Assembly (NCBI RefSeq): GCF_009914755.1
Contig: NC_060946.1
Direction: 5' to 3' (one strand)
Length of the DNA: 64,000 bases
Source: the human T2T-CHM13v2.0 reference genome, Homo sapiens
Position 1 is the first letter of the stretch, and each line of letters begins with the position of its first letter. The notes under the pieces were generated by a model. The model ran no database searches. It was not told where the DNA came from and saw only the letters and a program-made list of their open reading frames with translations. Position numbers and translations under genes: made by a program. Positions 54,340 to 64,000 of the stretch are shown in pieces.

Positions 54340-56020
54340 GTGAGGTTTATTTACACTTTGTGGATTGTTTCCTTTGCTATACAGAAGGTTTTTAGTTTGT
54401 CGTAGCCCTGCTTGTCTATTTTTGCTTTTGTTGTCTGTGCTTTTGGTAACATACCCAAGAAATTGTTGCCAAGACCAATGTCATGAAGTTTCCTTCTATG
54501 TTTCTTCTTCTAGGAGTTTTATAGTTGCATGTCTTACATTTAAATCTTTAATCCATGCTGAGTTGGTTTTTGCATGTGGTATAAGATAAGGGTCCAATTT
54601 CATTCTTTTGAATGTGAATATCTAGTTTTCCCAGTACCATTTATTGAAGAGACTATTCTTTCCCCATTATGTATTCTTGGCACCCTTGTCAAAAATCAGT
54701 TCACTATACATGTATAGGTTTATTTCTGGGTTCTCTATTCCATTGGTCTATATATCTGTTTTTTTTTTAATTCTAGTACAACACTATTTTAATTACCGAA
54801 GCTTTGTAATGTATTTTGAAATAGTGAAATGTGATTCTCTAGCTTTGTTCTTTTTTCTCGAGTTTGCTTTGGCTATTCATCGTCTTTCGTAGTTTTATAT
54901 GAATTTTAAGATTGTTTTTTCTATTTCTGTAAGAACAAATGCCATTGGGGTTTTGTAAGAGATTGCATTGAATCTGTAGATCACAGAATGAGAAGAAATA
55001 TTTGCAAATCACATGTTCAATAAGGGGTAAATCTCCAAAATATGTCTGGAATTCTTACAAGTCAATAGCCAAACCAAACCAAAACAAAACCTAACGATGT
55101 TATTTAAAAATGGGCAAAGGACTTGGACAGACATTTCTTCAAAGACACACAAATGACCAACAGGCATATGAAAAGATCTCGACATCATTAATGATTAGGA
55201 AAATTCAAATGAAAACCATAATGAGATATCACCTCACATATAAAAGCATATATAATATAATTAATATAATGATGACTAATCTAAAACAAAAGATAAATGT
55301 TAGCTAGGATACGGAGAAATTAGAACCCTTATATAATGTGGGTGGGAACGTAAGATGGTACAGCCTGTATGAAAAACAATATGGAGCTTCCTCAAAACAT
55401 TAAAAATACAACTACCATATGATTCAGTAATATCACTTCTGAGTATATGTACAAAAGAATTAAAATCAGGATCTTGAGGAGATACCTCCGCTCCACTCCA
55501 ACGTTCATTGGAGCATTATTCATAATAGCCAAGATACTGAACCAACCTAACTGTCCATCAATGGACAAATGAATAAAGAAAATGTGGTATGAGCATACAA
55601 TGGAATACTATTCAGCCTTAATAAGGAAGTAAATGCTCTCACAAGCAGCAACATGGATGAACCTGGAGGAAAGTATGCTAAGTGAAATAAGCTAGTTATA
55701 GAAAGACAAATATTGTGTGATTCCACTTATACGAGTTGTCTAAAAGAGTCAAACTCAGAAACATAGAGTAGAATGAAATTTGCCAGGGGCTGTGGGAAAG
55801 GAGTTTGCCTGCCAGCGGCTGGGGGAAAGGGTAGATGTGGAGTTGTGGTTAATAAGAGTAAAGTTTCAGTTATGCAGGATAAGCAAGTTCTAGAAATCTG
55901 CTGCGTAACATAATGTGTATAGGTAACAGCATTGTATTTTGCAAAATATATTTGTTAAAAGGGTAGGTTGTATGTTAAATGTTCTTCAAACACACACACA
56001 CACACACACACACAGAGAAA
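54340..56020 (+). mobile_element. L1MA9/L1MB-like fragment with an inverted 5' segment (54340-54984 minus, 54981-56020 plus)
   Basis: The segments abut in L1 coordinates with a TCAC overlap; the 3' part ends in (CA)n. Confidence 0.85.
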
Positions 56021-56772
56021 ATGTGGTGACATTTTCTAGGCCACAATCTTTGCAACTACCTTCTTTTGGCGATGTTAGTGGCATCTACAGCCTCTACTCC
56101 AGTCACCCTGGCCCTCATGCTTGTGGGAATATGCCATGCCTTTTCCTCTTTATTGCACAAACCACTTTCTTCTTTCCTGGAATGTGCTCTCATATGCTGT
56201 CCTTCTACCAGAACTCCATCTGCCCTTCAATGAGTCTTTCTGGATTCTGTTCATTCATCTCTATCTTTGCAGTCATCTCACTTATAACTCTTAAGAGGGT
56301 GAACTCCAGGGTCCAGACTCTGTGGGTTTAAACCCCAGAGGTGGGCAATAATGATATCTGCTACTTAAGGTCATTGTGAGGATGAAATGATGTAATTCAT
56401 GTAACCTCTCATCTCCTTCCTGGGTCCTGCCTTCTGACTGGCTCCCACACTCACATTTCATCCCCAGCAGTTCTCCACACTCCAGCCTCCCGACCCTCTG
56501 CACTGTTAAGACTTGCAATGACTTCTCATGGCTCTGTGGATAAAGACCGTGATCCTTACAAACACTACAAAATGAACTTTTGTGTATCTAGTCACACTTC
56601 TATGCTCTGCTCTTTGGCTACACCGGTTTCCTTTGAGTTCCTGAAATCCACCCGTCGGCCTTTCAGCACAGGTTTCTTGAGCCATATGGTTCCTCTGCCT
56701 GGAATTCTTCCTCAGTAACTTCTTCCCATTCTTCAGATTCCTGATGGCAGGGCATTCCCTCAGGAAAGTCCT

Positions 56773-58157
56773 TGTATTCATTTCCTGGGACTGCTGTATC
56801 AAACTGGGTAGCTTAAAACAGCAGGAGTTTCTTCTCTCACAGTTTTAGAGAATGAAAATCTAAAATTAAGGCTTCAGTAGGGTTGGATTCTTCTGGAGGC
56901 TCTGAATTTTGGTGGCTGCTGGCAACCCTTCATACTCCTCAGCTTGGGGCCTCCTAACTCCACTCTCTCCTTCTGTGTTTATGTGGCCTTATTCTCTGTG
57001 CCTCTGTGTTTCAAATTGCTCCCTCTTCTCTCTGATAAGGACAGTAGTCAGTGGACTCAGGGCGTAACCTTAATCCAGAATGATCTCTCTTGAGGATTCT
57101 CATGGAGGACCTCTGCTAGGGCAGTATGGAAGAGAAATGTGGGGTCGGAGCCCCCACACAGAGTCCCTACTGGAGCATCACTTAGTGGAGCTGTGAGAAG
57201 AGGGCCACCATCCTCCAGACACCAGATCCACTAACAGCTTGCACCCTGTATGCCTGGAAAAGCTGTAGACACTCAACACCAGCACATGAAAGCAGCTGGG
57301 AGGGAGGCTGTACCCAGAGAAACCACAGTGGTGGAGCTGCCCAAGACCATGGGAACGCACCTCTTGCATCAGCGTGACCTGGATGTGAGACATGGAGTCA
57401 AAGGAGATCATTTGAGATTTTGGACTTGCATGGGGTCTGTAGCCCCTTTGTTTTGGCCAAAATCTCCCATTTGGAATGACTGTATTTATTTAATGCCTGT
57501 ACCCCCATAGTATCTAGGAAGTAGCTAACTTGATTTTGATTTTACAGGCTCATAGGTGGAAGGGACTTGCCTTGTCTCAGATGAGACATTGGACTGTGGA
57601 TTTTTGAGCTAATACTGAAATGAGTTAAGACTTTGGGGGACTGTTGGGAAGACATGATTGGTTTTGAAAAGTGAGGACATGAGATTTGGGAGGGGCCCGG
57701 GGCAGAATGATATGGTTTGGCTGTGTCCCCACCCAAATCTCATCTTGAATTGGACCTCCGACAATTCCCATGTGTTGTGGGAGGAACCCAGTGGGAGGTG
57801 ATTGAATTATGAGAGTGGGTCTTTCCTGTGCTGTTCTCGTGAGCACTGATGGCTTTGAAAATGGGAGTTTGCCGGCACAAACTCTCTCTTTGCCTGCCAC
57901 CATCCATGCAAGATGTGACTTGCTCTTCCTTCTGCCATGATTGTGAGAGCCCCCCAGCCACGTGGAATTGTGAGTCCAATTAAACCTCTTTCTTTTGTAC
58001 ATTGCCCAATCTCGGTATGTCTTTATCAGCAGCATGAAAATGGACTAATACAAGGTCCCTAACATCTGCAAAGATCCTATTTCTAAATAAGGTCACTTTC
58101 AAAGGTACTGGGGTTAGGTCTTGGACATATCTTTATGGGGGACTCACTTCAACCCAC
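56773..58157 (-). mobile_element. MLT1B/C-like LTR (56773-57100 and 58053-58157) split by THE1
   Basis: TGTATTCATTTCCTGGGACTGCTGTA ... ACCTTAATCCAGAATGATCTC | ACATCTGCAAAGATCCTATTTCTAAATAAGGTCAC ... TTCAACCCAC. Confidence 0.85.
57101..58052 (+). mobile_element. THE1 (B/C-like) remnant: 3' internal region (57101-57707) plus 3' LTR (57708-58052), no 5' LTR
   Basis: Internal CATGGAGGACCTCTGCTAGGGCAG...; polypurine tract GGGAGGGGCCCGGGGCAGAA; LTR TGATATGGTTTGGCTGTGTCCCCACCC...GGACTAATACA. Confidence 0.93.
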
Positions 58158-59417
58158 CTTTGATGCTCTTTACCCATCATGCCTCCCAACACCCATATCC
58201 CTTGCCATCTCCATGTGTGAGCTCATGGAGTCATAAATTTTAGCATCACAGCTTTTACTGTAGTTGTCTCCTTACATTTATCCATATGATCCTGTGGTTA
58301 CTGCCCCCAACGAGATGCTAAGTTTCATGAGGACAAGAACTACGTCTGTTGTCTCACCTTCAGATCCCCAGAGCCAAACCTAGTGTCAGATACATAACTG
58401 GCACACACATTTAAATACTTGTTGATGTAGATTATTTTAAAATATTTAATGATAGAGGAAATTACTTAGAGTGTTAAATTAAAAATACAGGCCATAGAAT
58501 CTTTATATAGACACACAATCACACAGAGAAAGGAAGTTACATACGGCAACATTTTAACAATGCCTATAGTAAATATTAGAATTAAGGGTCTTTTTCTGTT
58601 ATTCTATTCATTCTGCATTGTCTAATTTTATACAATGCATTTGTTTGACATCCTACTTTTTTCTAACTTATTTTCTACTGAAAAAAAATGTGATGCTAAT
58701 AGCTTTTAAGAACTTTTGGGAAAGTGACTCTAGAACTATCACCACATAGCCTTTGTAATGCAAAATATACAAGGACATAGAATAAATTGCCCTTAGTTCT
58801 CATTCTAAAGTCTGGATCCAATGATTCCCAACAGAACCTTTCATAATTGTTAGAAAAATAATGATTGTTTTTTCCTAATAGATCATAGTTGACCAGAATT
58901 GGATTAGTCATAATTTTCTGTTCATGATACATCGTCATCATCGCCATGCATGGTTATATACCTTTACTTTTATAATACTATAAGCGTCCATGAACCTCCA
59001 CGAGATCACCAACTGTTTCATCTACTCCTATCCCCCACTCCACGTGTGACATCTAAAATCCAAATTCCCTGAGTACTCTCACTTGTCAATACTTGGGTGT
59101 CTACACGGAGCATTAGAGCTAGGTTTACATTGTCCAGAGTGAGCAGGACCTATACAGAGGGCTCTTGTAGATGTCTTCTCACCAAGAACTATTGTCCTTT
59201 GATGAACTGTTACCCAAAAATATCATCTGACTCATGATAGGTCCTTGATAATCAGCTGTGAGCAAGTGAATGCGCGAAAAGACAAAGGCATTGGATTTTG
59301 CAATGGGATCATTTTGCCTGGCCCTAACTTTCATCAGTGGGAGGCCTTGTTTGATAAATGAAACCAGAAATTTCTTAGGTTGCAGGATATTTTGGTAGGA
59401 TTGCTAATTGGTTGTAA

Positions 59418-59580
59418 CAGTGGTTTCCAGACTTGGCTAAACATTAGAATTACCTAAATTACCTAAAATTTTGTGATAAAAATCACAAAAAATTGCCAAT
59501 CCCTGGGTCCCACTTCTGACTAATAGAATCCAACTCCCTTTAGGTGATATTAATGTGTAGCAGGCTTGGTAGCCATGGGG
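59418..59580. mobile_element. MER5-type MITE
   Basis: CAGTGGTTTCCAGACTTGGCT..ACATTAGAATTACCT ... AGGTGATATTAATGTGTAGC. Confidence 0.7.
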
Positions 59581-61218
59581 TTAGGAAAAGGCAGAGGGAG
59601 CTCAGAATGTTGAGCCTCAGCCCACTCTGTGTCCTGATGATTTTTCATGGAGAGATCTTGATACTCTGGCCACAGAAGGCTTCCTTCCCCTCAGCTGGTG
59701 TCTCGGCAATGTGGACCACTGTTCCCATGGGAACTGGTCTGGAAAGGGCTCACTAAATGGGGAGAGGAAGCCCAGAGAACCTTGTTAGAAGGAAATGCCT
59801 GGGCTTGGCTCAACCAGAAGGCTAGTAGAACAACATGGCAGCAGTTAGAACCCCCAGAGATGGAGAGGTGAGGTGGGTGGGCTCTGGCTTGATGAAAAAT
59901 ACAGCTCTCCTGAAGGAAGAGAATGACCCCAAACTTTGGAGAAAAGGTTGAAATAAACTTTAGAAAAGTCAGATGCAACAGCTTGGGTTAGCACACACAT
60001 AGAAATGGGCTTGCCCTGTCTCTGAACAGATTTAAGCAACTGGCCTTTTTTTAAATGTGACTCACATTTGAGGATAAATAATATGAAAAAAAGAAATGTT
60101 AGTACAATGAAACACAAGGCACAGAGGAGAGGCCGAAATCTTTTTAGCTATTTATTTTATATAATCTGGCTTTAAGAGGAGTCTCGTCATTGTTGCATGA
60201 ATTAATGGAAGGTGAATGTGCTATTCTCTCATATTCAGGGCAAAGCAGTTGAATTTACCTCTGCTGAAAGAGGTAGATGCCCTTAGGACAGGTTTCATAG
60301 CAAGATATAATCTTGGTCCAATATATGTCTATTATATGTTTTCAGGCACATTTCCTAACCTTTCTGAGTCCCAGTTTCCTTTTTGGTATGTAGCAGACAT
60401 CCCACATTTGACCTGAAAAAAATGCCTGCAATAGGCAGTTATAAAGGACTAGTAAGGTAGACACTCTGGGATGAAGTTTTCACAAGTCAACTTACTTAAA
60501 GCCTTTGGTGGAAGAAACACAATCAGTGCATGAATGATGGGGAGGAAGGTTGGGAGAAGAAAATGGGTGTCTGTCTCAGAGATTGGTCATTTAATCCAGA
60601 GGGAAAATCCTGCATGCAGATTCTAGAGAAAGAAACAATGTAAAGAGAAGCTGAAGAAATGGTTTCCACTGTTGTCATCAAAAGTCTTCTTGAGACATTG
60701 GTGCTCAGACAGTCCTCTTGGTGCTGGGATGACCAAGAGGGATGCCAGGCTGGGGAGAGGGAATCTGTTCTGTGTGGGACACTCAAGGCTTTGGCTCTCT
60801 GGGAGCTCCTAGAAAAGAAGCATCATTCTGGAACTTGGAGGGTTGCATTGTGTCAACTACGCAGTCGAGGTTGTAACTGTGCCGGCAGAAGGGTGATTGG
60901 CACTGGGCATCAGAGGCAGGGATGAGGTACCATCATGGAGTGCCGCAGCATGCACTGTCCTGGTGAGAAGAAATTCCTGAGAGGTCAAAGCAGAAGAGTT
61001 TTTCAGGTCTCTTGAGATGCCCAGATACCATTCATGAGCACATATAAGTCATCATTGAGGGAAACTGACACTTTTTGGCTTGAGGCAGGGGATAGGTAAC
61101 AGCCTATGCAACAAAAGTGATTACTATTGTTGTTACAACCCACCTGTGGCTAAAATACGATGCAGTTTGAGCATCATAGGGGATATACAAAGTGGAGAGA
61201 ACAGGCTTTAACTCAAAG

Positions 61219-61440
61219 CAGGGTTTTTTTTTGCCTTGGCACTATTGGAATTTGGGACCAGATAGTTCTTTGTTGTGTTTGAGTTGCCCTGTATGCTGTA
61301 GGATGTTTAGCAGCATCCCTAGTCTCCGCCTACTAGATGCCAATTGCAGTCTCCCAGTTGTGACAACCAAAAATCCCGCCAGATGTTTCCAAATGTCTCC
61401 TAGGAGGGGGAGGAAAAATTGTGCCCGCTGAAAACCACTG
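61219..61440 (+). mobile_element. MER20 (hAT-Charlie MITE)
   Basis: CTTGGCACTATTG...TGTAGGATGTTTAGCAGCATCCCT...GTTGTGACAACCAAAAAT...AACCACTG; 8-bp TSD ACTCAAAG/ACTCACGG. Confidence 0.92.
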
Positions 61441-61577
61441 ACTCACGGTGTTATTATGAAAATTTAAGATGTGGTATACTAAATGCCCAGCCCAGTGTCT
61501 GTATCAACAAATATTAGTTTCTTTCTCCCTTCCTGTCACTGGCTGTTCTGATCTATTTGATGTGAAGATTCATGTAT

Positions 61578-61621
61578 TCACCCAGCAGGGTATACAGATC
61601 ACCCAGCAGGGTATACAGATC
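61578..61621. repeat. Perfect 21-bp tandem duplication
   Basis: TCACCCAGCAGGGTATACAGA twice, followed by TC. Confidence 0.97.
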
Positions 61622-62083
61622 TGAACTGGCTAAGACTCTAAGATGCTGCAGCCTCTTTGCTTTTGACCTTGGGCAACCTCTCTGGCAACCTGAACTTTCC
61701 TAATAGAAAAATGAGAGACTTGGACTTAGTGATTTTTATGTGCCATTTGAGGGCTGACATTTCATGGTTCTTGGAATACCTGGGCCAGAATTAGGAGAAG
61801 AAAGGCTATCAAGAGTACATTATGAGGACAAATCAAAGAGCTGGCTTTTGTGAGATGAAGCAAAATGGTGGCTGAGAGAGATGTGCTAAACATTGCCAAA
61901 TATTTGAAGGCAGGATATATAAAGGAGAGATCACTCTGAGGCCTCAGCACAGTGACTAGTTAAGAATGGAATCAAGCCAAAAGCTAAAATCAAAATGGAA
62001 ATGGAGATATTTGGCTGAGAGAGAGCCAGGGGAGACCCTGGAAGAATGAGCTATTTGTACAGGCCAGGTACCAACTGCCAGGG

Positions 62084-62648
62084 TGTGGAAGCAGAATTCT
62101 AATATTACCCCCAAGATTTCTAGTCCATGGTATATACACACCTTCTCCCAGTTGCTCAGTCAAAATCTAATCTAGGAACTGTTGGGAAGAGATTTTGCAG
62201 CTATAATTAAGGTCCCAAATCAGTTGACCTAAGTATAGAGATATTATCTTAGTTGGCCTGACAGAATCACACAAGACCAGATTTAAAATCTGAGTCTAGG
62301 GGTTAGAGACATGAAGTGTGAGAGGAATTTGATGGGAGGCAGATGGAAGAGCCCATAAGTCCTGGAATGCGGAGGGCTTTTAGGAGCTGAGAGCAGCCCC
62401 TGGAAGAAAATGAGAACCTCAGTCCCACAGTAGCAAGGAATTAGACTCCAAGCTATGAGTGAGCTTGGAAAAGCATTCTTCCCCTAAAAGCTCCAGATGA
62501 GACTTCAGCTTGGCTGATACATTGATTTTAGCCTTTGAGGTCCAAAGCAGAGAATCCAGTAACACCATGCTGGGACCCCAACCTACAGATCTGCAAGATA
62601 ATAAGTGAATGTTTTGATAAGCCACTAAGCAGTAGAAAACTGAAAAAC
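62084..62648 (+). mobile_element. MLT1E-like solo LTR
   Basis: TGTGGAAGCAGAATTCTAA...CCCCCAAGATTTC ... TAATTAAGGTCCCAAATCAGTTGACC ... AAGCCACTAAG..GCAGTAGAAAACT. Confidence 0.85.
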
Positions 62649-62954
62649 CAGCCTGGGCACAGTGGCTCATACTTGTACTTCAGTACTTTGGGAGGCTGAG
62701 TCAGGAGGATCTCTTGAGTCCAGGAGTTTGAGACCAACCTGGGCAACATTGGGAGATCCAGTCTCTGAAAAAAAATTTTAAAAGTAGCAGGGCATGGTGG
62801 CACACACCTGTGATCAAATCTACTCAGGAGGCTGAAGTGGGAGGATCGCTTGAGACCAGGAGGTTGAGGCTACAATGAGCTGTGATAATTCCACTGCACT
62901 CCAGCCTGGGAGACAGAGTGAGACTCTGGCTCTAAAAAAAAAAAAAAAAAAAAA
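62649..62954 (+). mobile_element. AluJ
   Basis: J-type GGAGGATCGCTTGAG..CAGGAGGTTGAGGCTACA; poly-A. Confidence 0.93.
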
Positions 62955-63539
62955 GTGTGTGCGTGTGTGCACACACACTTTTTTATATATACTTTATTTT
63001 ATATATACACACACATATATATATGGTATATTAGGAGTGACCTCAATTGTGTCCTCTTGAATCATCCCAACCTCCCTCCACCATCTTGATGAGCAAAGAA
63101 GCTACTAAGTATTTCATTCATTGTAGAGTTAGCTGAAATACCACATCATGGGCTCCAGGAGATATCTATTTGGAGTAGCCTTTGTTTCCAATAGTGAGTG
63201 GCCAGTGGCAGATAAGAAACTTTAGAAGCAGGGGTTGGGGAAAAGAAAGAGGCAAATTCCTATGGCTTTGACTTCAGGGGAAATGACAAAAAGTTTCTGA
63301 CTTGAGTCTCAATCAAATAAAGTTTTTGTTTGTTTGTTTGTTTCCCCTGTCACCATATACAGATATCACCTAATCTGAGAGTAGAGTCAATTATGTCTTT
63401 TCTTAACAGAACCACAGACTGAATGGTCCTTGGGGCTGGAGTAATGAAGTCGTAGGGGTTGTGGTGTTTCTTAAAGTAAGTTGGTAAACAAGACCAGATG
63501 CACTCCCTCATCAAGCCAAATGAGACTAAATGTAAGATC

Positions 63540-64000
63540 TGCTGTGTGTGTGTGTGTGTGTGTGGTGTGTATGAAGTGTGTGTTTTTGTGTAGACAAGGG
63601 TATGGATTATTTATTGGTACCAGAGTGCACAGCATAGGTGTGTGGTACATATGGGGCAATGTTGCATGTAGGTGAAATTTAAGCGTGGTTGTGGGAAATC
63701 ACATGTGGGTATATCTACGTATAAGTGTATGTGAGGTGTCAGAAGAGGTTAGACGTAATGGGGAGTACGTGTGTGTGACAGTGATTCTGGTCTATTGGTA
63801 TATGAACAGTTAGGAGTGTGAGTGGGAGATGAGTTGCAGGGTATGGTAGGGAAGGAGTTGAGTGTGTAGTTATTTGTCTGCAGGAGACAGTAGGGTATGG
63901 GTTAATAACCATAGTTGTTGATAACATGCCATTGTGTAGGCAAGTATATCTGTGCATGTATGTACAGAGCATGTATGTGAGTCTGTTTGCTGTGGAGGGG
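63540..64000. repeat. (TG)n microsatellite and degenerate TG-rich tract
   Basis: Pure (TG)n at 63543-63564, then TG-biased low-complexity sequence. Confidence 0.7.

Overview
Primate (very likely human) non-coding genomic DNA, intronic or intergenic. I can support no protein-coding gene, RNA gene or processed pseudogene. The ORF track reflects decayed L1 ORF2, Alu frames, simple repeats and chance ORFs. Most of the window is interspersed repeat: L1s of several ages, about 19 Alus, MaLR LTRs (MST, MLT1, THE1), hAT MITEs (MER5, MER20, MER58, MER102) and many L2/MIR relics. Subfamily names come from recalled consensus features, not a database search, and boundaries of old repeats are approximate. 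The structure not explained by ordinary transposition is a set of locally templated copies of neighbouring DNA, of very different ages. These are a 355-bp copy pasted into an L1 3' UTR, a 57-bp copy pasted into an L2, a ~250-bp inverted duplication, a ~104-bp ancient direct duplication whose second copy runs into a 1.1-kb polypyrimidine tract, a 24-bp copy, and a snap-back insertion in an Alu. Also notable are an ORF1-deleted L1PA7-like element with intact target-site duplications (TSDs), a chimeric 5'-inverted L1, and a 1.15-kb foreign block splitting an L2. I see no evidence of a new gene system. The novelty, if any, lies in this record of DNA repair or template switching.
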